A stretch of 64,000 nucleotides of DNA from Patescibacteria group bacterium (GTDB taxonomy: Bacteria; Patescibacteriota; WWE3; UBA101185; UBA10185): assembly GCA_026004595.1 (NCBI GenBank), contig BPJL01000007.1, positions 12,460-76,459 of the forward strand. The letters run 5' to 3'. Below the pieces are notes generated by a model, which was not told the DNA's origin, ran no database searches, and was given only the letters and a program-made list of their open reading frames with translations. The position numbers and the translations under genes are program-made. This document shows positions 1 to 10,596 of the stretch, piece after piece (the stretch's first letter is position 1; each line of letters begins with the position of its first letter).

Positions 1-2
1 TT

Positions 3-398
3 TACACGGGAATACAAAGCATCAAGACCTATGACTATCTGGTTGTAGTAACTGATAACAGCTGGATAGGAGTAAAAAACGGCAAATTTTACTATCACGG
101 ACTTCACCCATCATGTTATCACGAGTTTAAGCTTGTTGAGATAGCAGTAGAGGAGTATATCAAAGCAAGAATAACTGGAGTAAAAGAGATACCTATTAGC
201 TCTTTTATCAACAACTTAGAAGAAATCAACATTGATAAGCTAAAGTTAACAAGAGAGGGAAAAGAGTATATCATAACAAACGATGGACCAATGCTAGTTG
301 ATAAAGTCGAATTAAAAGACGCTAATCTTAACTACTATTCCAACTACCTCGCTCGAATACTGGCTAGAATAGAAATGCTTTTTAATCGCCGATCTTAG
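3..398 (+). CDS. 3' end of a CDS truncated by the window start (hypothetical protein, ~132 codons visible)
   Basis: Frame 3 is open from nt 3 to a TAG at 396-398 in AT-rich DNA. It is absent from the ORF track only because no start codon lies inside the window. Confidence 0.5.
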   Translation, partial: YTGIQSIKTYDYLVVVTDNSWIGVKNGKFYYHGLHPSCYHEFKLVEIAVEEYIKARITGVKEIPISSFINNLEEINIDKLKLTREGKEYIITNDGPMLVDKVELKDANLNYYSNYLARILARIEMLFNRRS

Positions 399-609
399 GG
401 AAAGAAGAGTACCATGATTTTTTCGCTGCTTCTGCTGTAACCTTTGCGAGTTCCCTAAAGGTTAAAATTTCTCTACTTTTAATTAGGTCATAACCAGCAA
501 TGATAGCAGCTTTTAACGCGTTTAACTTTTTTTCTTCGTTCTCCATTTCCATTATAAATCTACTAGGAATATAAGAATATCCTTTTGTGGTAATGTCTTC
601 CTCGCTCAT
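382..609 (-). CDS. Small hypothetical protein (75 aa)
   Basis: ORF track only. It overlaps the 3' end of the + strand partial ORF. No recognisable motif. Confidence 0.3.
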   Translation of the reverse strand: MSEEDITTKGYSYIPSRFIMEMENEEKKLNALKAAIIAGYDLIKSREILTFRELAKVTAEAAKKSWYSSFPKIGD

Positions 610-643
610 TTTAACTGGTTATATTTTATGTATAGATTGATGT

Positions 644-1861
644 TTAAAACTCTATTATTATTTCCCATTTTTTGTATCTTATCGTGATCCTAATTCTTCT
701 TGTTAGTTTAATATTGTCTTTTACTGCCTTAAGGATCTTTTTTATTTTATCTATAACACCAGCACTAAGTGACTTCTCTAGCCTTTTAGCAACAATCAAC
801 TCCAGAGCATCAAGGTTGGGAACGATTGTTCTTTCTATATCAGCAAACAACATTGAATAAGAGTAAGTCAGCTCTTTATGTAACTCATCAAAGGTACGTT
901 TACTTTTAAGAACATTAACTGTTAAAATAAAGTCCGTGTTAAGTGAACGTATTAGTATCCTTTGTACTACAGGGTCATCATATAACTTATCTGAAGGCAA
1001 AGTTGCTAAATATTGAAAAATACTTATAGCTTTAATCATATCAGGATGATTTAGAAAAGTATTATACATCTGAACGTAGACACTATAAAAATCGCGTATC
1101 GTTTCTGGATGTGTCGGTTTTTTCAACCATTCTATGTATATGTCTATTGTATCGCTGTCTAGTTCATATATCAATGTTAGATATTTCTTTATTAATTCTG
1201 ACAGAATACCAAGTGAACTGATTTTTTCTGCTAATTTCAGCAGCGGACCCGATATGGCATTCTTATTGCCAAATGCGATAAAAAAAACATATGGATTTCC
1301 TAGATTATAAAAAAACTCTGGTGAGTCATTATATATTTCGTGATATTTATCAGTTATTTTACCATTATCATTAATCAGCAATTTAATTAAAGGTGTTGTT
1401 GAGTTTTCTTCGTAGTATGAATTAGCAAGATCAGGATTCTCTATAAGATATGGAAAGTAAAAAACATTTTTGTGCCTGTTACCATCTTCATCGATAAAAT
1501 CAAAATTTTTACCTTTATTCCTAGCAGGAATAATGAATGAAGTCAGCACATCAACTTTCTTCATTTTTTCATTAACGTCGTTTACATTATCGTAATATCC
1601 AACATACATAGAATACAAAAAATATTTAACAAAAAGAACGTATAGTCTATCTTTATATTTATCACCTTCATAGTACTTTTGTCCAACCAATCTTAAAAGA
1701 TTATAAATGGCATAATGATTTCTTTCTGAAATATCGATCTCCTCATTATTACCCAATTGGATTACATCATATTCTTCAAAGGGAAGTCTTTTAGTAAATG
1801 ATTCTATTAAAAATTCTCTTAAAAAGTCATCTGTATTATCAAATGATATTTTCCTCAACAT
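644..1861 (-). CDS. Hypothetical protein (405 aa)
   Basis: Long uninterrupted ORF in AT-rich DNA. No recognisable catalytic motif. Confidence 0.65.
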   Translation of the reverse strand: MLRKISFDNTDDFLREFLIESFTKRLPFEEYDVIQLGNNEEIDISERNHYAIYNLLRLVGQKYYEGDKYKDRLYVLFVKYFLYSMYVGYYDNVNDVNEKMKKVDVLTSFIIPARNKGKNFDFIDEDGNRHKNVFYFPYLIENPDLANSYYEENSTTPLIKLLINDNGKITDKYHEIYNDSPEFFYNLGNPYVFFIAFGNKNAISGPLLKLAEKISSLGILSELIKKYLTLIYELDSDTIDIYIEWLKKPTHPETIRDFYSVYVQMYNTFLNHPDMIKAISIFQYLATLPSDKLYDDPVVQRILIRSLNTDFILTVNVLKSKRTFDELHKELTYSYSMLFADIERTIVPNLDALELIVAKRLEKSLSAGVIDKIKKILKAVKDNIKLTRRIRITIRYKKWEIIIEF

Positions 1862-1984
1862 TTTAACTGTGTTATTTTTTTATATCGAAATCGAGTGTGT
1901 AATTGTTTGTAAGATAAAGACACGGAGCTTTAAACGGAAAAGTTGTTATAAACATAAACTTAAACATTTTAACAAATCAAAAGC

Positions 1985-4900
1985 GTGTTAAAAGGGTTTA
2001 AGTTTTCCAAAAACCAATTAAGCCCGGCTATATCCCGTGTGATTTCTATATTATTTTTTGTGAACAGTTTGTGTAAAAAGTGAGCAGTATATACCATCTA
2101 GTGGCCATAAAAACATGCTTTTTACATCGGGAAGTAGTAGGGTAAAAAAGCATGTTTTTAACAGTTTTTGATCAAAGTTTATCACGAGAATAGTTTTTTT
2201 AAAAAAGAGTGTTTAAGAAAGTGTTTAGAAAAGTGCTTAGGAGAATCACTTAATCAAAGTTTGTTTAAGGGTTTAAAGCACACTAAACGTGTCCCGAAGA
2301 CCAATTATCACCAGCTATATCCCGTGTGATTTCTATATTATTTTTTGTGAACAGTTTGTGTAAAAAGTGAGCAGTATATACCATCTAGTGGCCATAAAAA
2401 CATGCTTTTTACATCGGGAAGTAGTAGGGTAAAAAAGCATGTTTTTAACAGTTTTTGATCAAAGTTTTATCACGAGAATAGTTTTTTTAAAAAGACTGTT
2501 TTAGAAAGTGTTTATCGAAAAGTGCTTAGGAGAATCACTTGATCAAAGTTTGTTTAAGGGTTTAAAGCACACTAAACGTGTCCCGAAGACCAATTATCAC
2601 CAGCTACATCCCGTGTGATTTCTATATTATTTTTTGTGAACAGTTTGTGTAAAAAGTGAGCAGTATATACCATCTAGTGGCCATAAAAACATGCTTTTTA
2701 TAACGGGATATACTGGGATAAAAAAGTATGTTTTTGGCGTTTTTTGATCAAGTTTTATCACGAGAATAGTTTTTTTTAAAAAGACTGTTTTAGAAAGTGT
2801 TTATCGAAAAGTGCTTAGGAGAATCACTTAATCAAAGTTTGTTTAAGGGTTTAAAGATCATCAAGCATGTCTCACAGACTAATTATCACCAGCTATATCC
2901 CGTGTGATTTCTATATTATTTTTTTGTGAACAGTTGTGTAAAAAGTGAGCAGTATATACCATCTAGTGGCCATAAAAACATGCTTTTTACATCGGGAAGT
3001 AGTAGGGTAAAAAAGCATGTTTTTAACAGTTTTTGATCAAAGTTTTATCACGAGAATAGTTTTTTTAAAAAGACTGTTTTAGAAAGTGTTTATCGAAAAG
3101 TGCTTAGGAGAATCACTTGATCAAAGTTTGTTTAAGGGTTTAAAGCACACTAAACGTGTCCCGAAGACCAATTATCACCAGCTACATCCCGTGTGATTTC
3201 TATATTATTTTTTGTGAACAGTTTGTGTAAAAAGTGAGCAGTATATACCATCTAGTGGCCATAAAAACATGCTTCTTTCAACGGGATATACTGGGATAAA
3301 AAAGTATGTTTTTAACGTTTTTTGATCAAAGTTTTATCACGAGAATAGTTTTTTTAAAAAAGAGTGTTTAAGAAAGTGTTTAGAAAAGTGCTTAGGAGAA
3401 TCACTTAATCAAAGTTTGTTTAAGGGTTTAAAGATCATCAAGCATGTCTCACAGACTAATTATCACCAGCTATATCCCGTGTGATTTCTATATTATTTTT
3501 TTGTGAACAGTTGTGTAAAAAGTGAGCAGTATATACCATCTAGTGGCCATAAAAACATGCTTTTTACATCGGGAAGTAGTAGGGTAAAAAAGCATGTTTT
3601 TAACAGTTTTTGATCAAAGTTTTATCACCGTCAAAATTATTTTTAAAAAGTCTTTTTAAGAGAGTGTTTATCGAAAAGTGCTTAGGAGAATCACTTGATC
3701 AAAGTTTGTTTAAGGGTTTAAAGCACACTAAACGTGTCTCACAGACCAATTAAGCCCGGCTATATCCCGTGTGATTTCTATATTATTTTTTGTGAACAGT
3801 TTGTGTAAAAAGTGAGCAGTATATACCATCTAGTGGCCATAAAAACATGCTTTTTACATCGGGAAGTAGTAGGGTAAAAAAGCATGTTTTTAACAGTTTT
3901 TGATCAAAGTTTTATCACGAGAATAGTTTTTTTAAAAAGACTGTTTTAGAAAGTGTTTATCGAAAAGTGCTTAGGAGAATCACTTAATCAAAGTTTGTTT
4001 AAGGGTTTAAAGCACACTAAACGTGTCCCGAAGACCAATTATCACCAGCTATATCCCGTGTGATTTCTATATTATTTTTTGTGAACAGTTTGTGTAAAAA
4101 GTGAGCAGTATATACCATCTAGTGGCCATAAAAACATGCTTTTTACATCGGGAAGTAGTAGGGTAAAAAAGCATGTTTTTAACAGTTTTTGATCAAAGTT
4201 TTATCACCGTCAAAATTATTTTTAAAAAGTCTTTTTAAGAGAGTGTTTATAGAAAGTGCTTAGGAGAATCACTTGATCAAAGTTTGTTTAAGGGTTTAAA
4301 GCACACTAAACGTGTCCCGAAGACCAATTATCACCAGCTACATCCCGTGTGATTTCTATATTATTTTTTGTGAACAGTTTGTGTAAAAAGTGAGCAGTAT
4401 ATACCATCTAGTGGCCATAAAAACATGCTTTTTATAACGGGATATACTGGGATAAAAAAGTATGTTTTTGGCGTTTTTTGATCAAGTTTTATCACGAGAA
4501 TAGTTTTTTTTAAAAAGACTGTTTTAGAAAGTGTTTATCGAAAAGTGCTTAGGAGAATCACTTGATCAAAGTTTGTTTAAGGGTTTAAAGATCATCAAGC
4601 ATGTCTCACAGACTAATTATCACCAGCTATATCCCGTGTGATTTCTATATTATTTTTTTGTGAACAGTTTGTGTAAAAAGTGAGCAGTATATACCATCTA
4701 GTGGCCATAAAAACATGCTTTTTACAACGGGATATACTGGGATAAAAAAGCATGTTTTTAACGTTTTTTGATCAAAGTTTATCACGAGAATAGTTTTTTT
4801 TAAAAAAGACTGTTTTAGAAAGGTGTTTATCGAAAAGTGCTTAGGAGAATCACTTGATCAAAGTTTGTTTAAGGGTTTAAAGCACACTAAACGTGTCCCG

Positions 4901-5480
4901 AAGACCAATTATCACCAGCTACATCCCGTATGATTTCTATATTATTTTTTGTGAACAGTTTGTGTAAAAAGTGAGCAGTATATACCATCTAGTGGCCATA
5001 AAAACATGCTTTTTACAACGGGATATACTGGGATAAAAAAGCATGTTTTTGGCGTTTTTTGATCAAGTTTTATGACCGTCAAAACTATTTTTAAAAAGTC
5101 TTTTTAAGAGAGTGTTTATAGAAAGTGCTTAGGAGAATCACTTGATCAAAGTTTGTTTAAGGGTTTAAAGACCACTAAGCGTATAACGCGAACCAATTAT
5201 CACCAGCTATATCCCGTGTATTTTCTATATTATTTTTCTTAAAAAAAACTTATTAAAAACAAGCAATACCATCTAGTGGCCACAGCTTTAGCTCTCAACG
5301 GGAGTTAACGGTGTAAAAAAGTATGTTTTTAACGTTTTTTGATCAAAGTTTATCACGGTCAACAAAACTGTTTAAGCGTCTCACAAACCAATTAAGACCG
5401 ACTATATCACGTGTGTTTTATATTCTTTGCATAAAGCTTTGATATCATGTGGCCATAAAAGCGTGTTTTATCACGAGATA
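1985..5480. repeat. Tandem repeat array 1: ~12 copies of a ~288-290 bp unit (degenerate last copies), non-coding
   Basis: Recurring blocks '...CCCGTGTGATTTCTATATTATTTTTTGTGAACAGTTTGTGTAAAAAGTGAGCAGTATATACCATCTAGTGGCCATAAAAACATGCTTTTT...AAAAAGCATGTTTTTAACAGTTTTTGATCAAAGTTT...' recur with period ~290 (unit starts near 2015, 2303, 2590, 2880, 3170, 3460, 3750, 4040, 4330, 4620, 4910, 5200). Each unit contains a perfect 15-bp inverted repeat AAAAACATGCTTTTT/AAAAAGCATGTTTTT separated by ~21 nt. Confidence 0.95.
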
Positions 5481-5567
5481 TTAAAACTGGATGTGCTTCG
5501 GCGATATCAAAGCGTGTTTTAGGTGGTGCTTATCAAATTATGATTTAAAGTGGATCTTTAAAACACG

Positions 5568-6308
5568 ATGAAAAAAGCCATACTATCTGTTTTTGATTAC
5601 TCAGCTGTACCTCAGTTTTCTCATTTACCCTCTGCTGAAAGAGATTTGAGTCTAGCTTTCAAGATAGCAAAAGAGATATTAAAAATAGATGACATAACTG
5701 TTATCACTGATATCGACGTGACTAGCGGTTACAATATTATTAAACTGGATTACCCTGATAAAACAGCTGTTGTGAGGGAACTCAAAAGGATTGTAAAAAA
5801 CACGAGTAAACCGACTGACGTTTTTGTGTACTTTTCTTGTCACGGTGTTAAAAACGCTCTCTGTTTCTCTAATGAACTTTTTAGTTCAAAAGAGTTTTTT
5901 GATATATTTTTCAATAACGGATTACCCATTGGATCAACCATGCTAGTTGTTTTTGATACCTGTCATTCAGGTAGCATGAGTGATTTTCACTTCAGATATG
6001 ACCCCTTTACTAGGACGATGGAGAAAACAAAAGAGCTACCGACTGGCATCTATTATCCTTTGTCCGTTTCACTTTCAGCATCAGACGATGATAGAAAAGC
6101 AATTTCGACTCATAAAGGGTCGCCTTTTACTTATACGTTATACAGGCTTCTTAATGAACTGGACTGCGGGATAACAATAGAACAGTTGCATGACAGACTA
6201 TATGAAATGTTACCGACTGTTGCAAGGATTATGAACCCTACTATCTGTTCTACATCATCGAGGGAAAGAGCAAAGATACCGTTTTTTCATAATCTGGATA
6301 ACTGTTAA
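5568..6308 (+). CDS. Metacaspase/caspase-like cysteine peptidase (C14 family)
   Basis: Catalytic dyad motifs 'YFSCHGV' (His) and 'VFDTCHSGSM' (Cys, D-x-C-H-S-G as in metacaspases/paracaspases) at the expected spacing (~45 aa). Confidence 0.75.
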   Translation: MKKAILSVFDYSAVPQFSHLPSAERDLSLAFKIAKEILKIDDITVITDIDVTSGYNIIKLDYPDKTAVVRELKRIVKNTSKPTDVFVYFSCHGVKNALCFSNELFSSKEFFDIFFNNGLPIGSTMLVVFDTCHSGSMSDFHFRYDPFTRTMEKTKELPTGIYYPLSVSLSASDDDRKAISTHKGSPFTYTLYRLLNELDCGITIEQLHDRLYEMLPTVARIMNPTICSTSSRERAKIPFFHNLDNC

Positions 6309-6318
6309 GATCTTTTTT

Positions 6319-9300
6319 TTGAAACATCATTTAAATGTTAATAGTAAAATGGACAAAAATTTTTTCGTTGTTACGTTAAGTAGTAATGACTATTTACAGT
6401 CGAAAGAAAGAAACACAATCCCCCCTCTTCCGACAACTGAAAAATCAGAGTTTTATCTCCCTCGTGATTGGGATATGCTTCTCAGTATTTTAAAGAACAG
6501 AGCAAATATGTATATTACTGACTCGTTAAGAACCCAGAAAAATTTATCCGTTTTGAAGAAAGCTATGGGTAACTTGGACTGGCTGAATGATCTTTATAAT
6601 GACCAGTTAAACAATGCAATAAAACAGAATAACTTTGTACTTATAGGAGACATAAAGAATGTACTTGCGACCTTTGCCAAGAAACATCATGTGATTAAAC
6701 TGGATCTTCTTGAGACAATAAACACTAAGATACTTGATATTGTCGATGCGATTTTACAAAAAGAAGAAAACATCGAGTTTCAAAGAAACATTGAACAGTT
6801 AAGGGCTCTAAGAAGTGAAATAAACACTGATATTTTAAGCGAGGTTAACATTAAAGGAGTTGTAGTAGACGTGTCTAACATGATTGGAAGAAAATATGAC
6901 ATGTTAAGAATGGTAAAAACTGAAGACGCAGAAACAGCAAAACTTTTCCTCAGAGTAAGACAACGGTTGGTTGATTTTTTTAGGAAAAAAGGCTGTTCAA
7001 TAAGAACAGTAGGTGGTCTTCAGGCCAGGATAGATGATATAGAAGTGTATCAGTACGATGTTTCTAACAGACATTTAACTAAATTTTTGGAAGAAAACCT
7101 ATATCAAGAAGCCAAAGTTAACACTGATGTTGGAATTAAGCGTGAACGCAAACGCGAACGCGAACGCGAACGCAAGCGTAAACGTAAACTTGAACGTGGA
7201 AAGAAAAAAGAAACCGAACGTAAAGCCAAAGCCAGAGCCAGAGCAGAACGTAAAGCCAAAGCTAAAGCTGAAGCTGACGTTGAAGAGTTAGCCAAATCTG
7301 ACGGTGAAGCTGAAGCATTAGCCAAAGCTGAAGAGTTAGCCAAAGCCAAAGCTGAAGCTGACGGTGATACCGAAGGCGAAGCCAAAGCGTTAGCCAAAGC
7401 TGAAGCCGAAGCGTTAGCCAAAGCTGAAGCTGACGGTGATACCGAAGGCGAAGCCGAAGGCGAAGCCAAAGCGTTAGCCAAAGCTGAAGCCGAAGCGTTG
7501 ACCGGAGCGTTGGATGAAGCGTCACCGTCAGACAAAGACGAAGCCGTAACCAGCGACACTGACAGCGACGCCGGTGCCGAGCCAAAAAGTTTTGGAGAAG
7601 AAGCTATAGAAGAGATCCTCAAGAAATCAGGCGTTTCTTATGAAACACTTGAAGAGATATTTTCTGGTTCTTTAAGTGTGAAAGATGCTTCAAAGTATTT
7701 AAGAGAAGTAATAATCTGTTTACCATCGGCTGAAATATATAACCTGATTAAATCTGCTCAGATAAAGCCGGTGGAGTTTGTTCTCAAGCCGTGGCAGAAA
7801 ACGTTTTACGAGAAAATCATCAAAGGTGAGTCAGTGATTGTTATTTCTTCTACTTCCACTGGTAAAACATTTATAGCCATGTCAAGCATTGAAGCGATAA
7901 TAAGTGACGAAGACTTTGAAAGTAGCGTGTGTTTCATTGCTCCAACTTTTGACCTCGCTTTCCAACTTTTCAACAACTCATTTATAACCATGATGAACCC
8001 TATGAAAAAGATTGGATTTATAACGGAAAAGGCAATCTTCCTGCCTGAAAATGTTGACAGTGTTAAAATCTGGATTGGAACACCTGTACCCGTTTGGACT
8101 TTCTTCAAAACAAACAACATAACTGCTGAAAGAATATTTATCGACGAGATACATACTATAGCAACCAACTTGGGAGACAAAATCATTTCAGAAGCGATCT
8201 ACAACATTGCCAAAACGGGAAAACAGTTAGTGGGACTTTCTGCTACGATAAGGAACGAAGACTTAACAAGACTGATTGAGTTTCTTGACAAAAACATAAT
8301 AATTATCAGAGGACATGAAGAAAGACCTGTTAGACTGGAACGTGAAAGACTAAACCAGCTCTATGAAGATCCAGAGGAACTGTTTTGGTTTATTAAAAAC
8401 GAACTTCTTGGTAAAGAGAGAACACCTGCTGTGATTTTTGAAGAGGATGATAAAACGTGTCTTGAACAGTACAGAAAGTTGGTAGAGTGGCTGGATAAAA
8501 CCAATTCACATGAATTTGGAGAGTGTATAAATATGGGAAGAGAGTTTGAAATGGAGTTAAACGATCAGCTTGAACGTTTGAAAGCGTACGATGATCAAGA
8601 AGATGATATAAAGAACCTAGCTATATCCAAAATGAAAAAGAGGTTCAGAAACAAGATGGTAAACCTTATAGCAAAAGTGCTAAGAGGCCATTATAACATA
8701 AAGATTAAGCTTACACAAGGTGAGATTGATACGCTGAAAAGTATACTTTTTCCACCTAAGACAAAAAAACCCAAAAAGATTATCATCAAAAAGGTAAAAA
8801 AGAAGGAAGAGTCATCGTCTTCAGAAGAGACGATTGACGAAAGTAAACTTTCTATCGAGGAAATGCGAAGACTGAGAAAAAAGAGAAAGAAAAAAGAGAA
8901 AGAGGAGCGAATTCGTAAAAAGGAGAAGGAACAAGAAGAACTTGAAGAGATAGAAAGACTAAAGACGGCAGAGAAAGAAAAATCAAGAAGGATTCTTTTA
9001 TCAACCATAAGCAACCAAGCCGTACACAATATATCATTAGAAAACATTGAGTATTTTCCCGTTTGCATAAGGGACATTCTAAGAGACTACAATTCAAATA
9101 GACCTTTTTATGATGAGGTTAGTCACTTCTTTAAAATAAGTGAGGGTATTGACAGAGAAGACTTTATCATGATGAAAAAATCACTAGAAGATAAAGTTGC
9201 GATTTTTACTAGCAGAAAGAGTAAAGGTGAGAATGAGTCCTACAAAGAACCAGATAAAGAACTGTTTATACAGTCACCGAAAAAGAGAAAGTCAGACATA

Positions 9301-10128
9301 TACGACAATCTTGTTTCCGCGGAAAAGATAAGAAAATCTGAACTTGTTGACCTTGTTACACTTCTGATAAAAGGGTTAAAGTTTGGCGTTGGAATCATTT
9401 TACCATCTCTTCCTTTTGTTTTTTATGTCTTTATCATCAAGCTTCTAGCACAGAAAAAGATTCAGCTTATTTTTACTACTAAAGTCTTTTCTGTTGGTAT
9501 AGACTATCCGATCAAAACAGTGGTGATAAGAACAAGAAACGCAAAAAACATAGAGTTGGTACAGATGGAGGGAAGAGCAGGCAGGTGGAGAAGTCAAGAC
9601 GTTGGTTTTGTTTATCACTGGCAGGACTTACCTCACGTTGGAGATACTGAAGTTTTTGAGTCACTTGAGTTTCCATCAAAGGCTGGAACCGGGATGAGAC
9701 TGGGTGACGCGTTTGCCATAGCCGAAGAGATAGAAAAGAACAGGTTTCATGGAGAGACCGTGGGAATGGGTTCTAACTCTATTTTAAGCGCTCTTAACAG
9801 ACTTGATGGAAAAGATGAAGGCGGTTCAGTTGATATGCTAAAGATAAGGAGAACACTTGGAGGAATAAACAATCATTTTATCGTAGAAGATGTAGAAGAG
9901 TACATGGTAGTGATTGATGTTGTTGAACTGATTATCAACAACAAGATAACTCCAGATATAAAGGACAACAAATATGACCATATAAAGAAGATACAGAAAT
10001 ACAAACTTCTTATCCAGGAGTTATACATAAGAACATCAAATACAAAAAATCTTAACTACCTTGAACTTCTGAAATCAGTTTATGAACTGTTCCACAGGGT
10101 AGAAAAGAAGCTATTGTTAATACGATAA
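6319..10128 (+). CDS. Superfamily-2 DExH-box helicase with an N-terminal unknown domain and two low-complexity (RE/AKAEA and K/E-rich) insertions
   Basis: Motif I 'SSTSTGKTF', motif II 'IFIDEIHT' (DEIH), motif III 'LSATIRN' (SAT), motif V 'FTTKVFSVGIDYP', motif VI 'QMEGRAGRW'. It starts 10 nt after the metacaspase stop on the same strand. Confidence 0.75.
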   Translation: MKHHLNVNSKMDKNFFVVTLSSNDYLQSKERNTIPPLPTTEKSEFYLPRDWDMLLSILKNRANMYITDSLRTQKNLSVLKKAMGNLDWLNDLYNDQLNNAIKQNNFVLIGDIKNVLATFAKKHHVIKLDLLETINTKILDIVDAILQKEENIEFQRNIEQLRALRSEINTDILSEVNIKGVVVDVSNMIGRKYDMLRMVKTEDAETAKLFLRVRQRLVDFFRKKGCSIRTVGGLQARIDDIEVYQYDVSNRHLTKFLEENLYQEAKVNTDVGIKRERKRERERERKRKRKLERGKKKETERKAKARARAERKAKAKAEADVEELAKSDGEAEALAKAEELAKAKAEADGDTEGEAKALAKAEAEALAKAEADGDTEGEAEGEAKALAKAEAEALTGALDEASPSDKDEAVTSDTDSDAGAEPKSFGEEAIEEILKKSGVSYETLEEIFSGSLSVKDASKYLREVIICLPSAEIYNLIKSAQIKPVEFVLKPWQKTFYEKIIKGESVIVISSTSTGKTFIAMSSIEAIISDEDFESSVCFIAPTFDLAFQLFNNSFITMMNPMKKIGFITEKAIFLPENVDSVKIWIGTPVPVWTFFKTNNITAERIFIDEIHTIATNLGDKIISEAIYNIAKTGKQLVGLSATIRNEDLTRLIEFLDKNIIIIRGHEERPVRLERERLNQLYEDPEELFWFIKNELLGKERTPAVIFEEDDKTCLEQYRKLVEWLDKTNSHEFGECINMGREFEMELNDQLERLKAYDDQEDDIKNLAISKMKKRFRNKMVNLIAKVLRGHYNIKIKLTQGEIDTLKSILFPPKTKKPKKIIIKKVKKKEESSSSEETIDESKLSIEEMRRLRKKRKKKEKEERIRKKEKEQEELEEIERLKTAEKEKSRRILLSTISNQAVHNISLENIEYFPVCIRDILRDYNSNRPFYDEVSHFFKISEGIDREDFIMMKKSLEDKVAIFTSRKSKGENESYKEPDKELFIQSPKKRKSDIYDNLVSAEKIRKSELVDLVTLLIKGLKFGVGIILPSLPFVFYVFIIKLLAQKKIQLIFTTKVFSVGIDYPIKTVVIRTRNAKNIELVQMEGRAGRWRSQDVGFVYHWQDLPHVGDTEVFESLEFPSKAGTGMRLGDAFAIAEEIEKNRFHGETVGMGSNSILSALNRLDGKDEGGSVDMLKIRRTLGGINNHFIVEDVEEYMVVIDVVELIINNKITPDIKDNKYDHIKKIQKYKLLIQELYIRTSNTKNLNYLELLKSVYELFHRVEKKLLLIR
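7140..7520 (+). repeat. Coding microsatellite/low-complexity tract inside the helicase gene ((CGCGAA)n then GCCAAAGCTGAAGC-type repeats encoding RERERE... and AKAEAEALAKAEA...)
   Basis: Directly visible hexamer and ~27-nt imperfect tandem repeats. They generate the spurious antisense ORFs 7104..7622 and 7262..7585 in the track. Confidence 0.8.
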
Positions 10129-10149
10129 AAACATATTCTATAATAAAAA

Positions 10150-10596
10150 ATGAGCAGACTTGAACGTTATAGTAATCCTAGAGTAATTGGTCCGGGAGTG
10201 TGGTGGTTAATTCACGCTCTTTGTGGAAAAGCCGTGAAAACAGGAGAAAAAGAAGACTTTATAATGGCATACCTTCTGATAAAGTTTATTAGAGACAATT
10301 TTCCCTGTAAAAACTGTAGAGAACATATACAGATCTTCTGTGAGAAAAACCCGATTGAGAACTTTAAGTACGGAGAAGAAAAGGAGTATGATTCAAAGGG
10401 ACTTTTCCATTGGAGTTACTTGTTACACTCCAATGCAAATAGCTATACCGGCAAAGAAAATGAGGACTACGATGATGTGCTTCAGTATTTTCTCGAAGAC
10501 AATGTTTGTCAAGACTGTGGAGAAGATGAAATCCTCTTTAAAAAAGAAGAGATTCTAAAAGGAGTGTTTCAGATGCTTCAGGGAAAGTTTGACTAG
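10150..10596 (+). CDS. Erv1/ALR-family FAD-linked sulfhydryl (thiol) oxidase
   Basis: 'GPGVWWLIHALCG...FPCKNCREHIQIF', i.e. the W-x3-H plus FPC-x2-C-x2-H core of Erv1/ALR and poxvirus E10-like oxidases. Confidence 0.7.
   Translation: MSRLERYSNPRVIGPGVWWLIHALCGKAVKTGEKEDFIMAYLLIKFIRDNFPCKNCREHIQIFCEKNPIENFKYGEEKEYDSKGLFHWSYLLHSNANSYTGKENEDYDDVLQYFLEDNVCQDCGEDEILFKKEEILKGVFQMLQGKFD

Noticed and set aside
2378-2396. The repeat core GGCCACTAGATGG resembles the metazoan CTCF consensus (CCASYAGRKGGC)
   Set aside because: A partial match to a short degenerate consensus in AT-rich DNA is expected by chance. No biological basis in a probable protist virus. Noted only as a curiosity.
1985-5480. Could the tandem arrays be CRISPR arrays?
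   Set aside because: Units are ~290 bp with no alternating unique spacers of 25-50 bp, and the whole unit is repeated. There are no cas genes, and the context is eukaryotic-virus-like. Not CRISPR.
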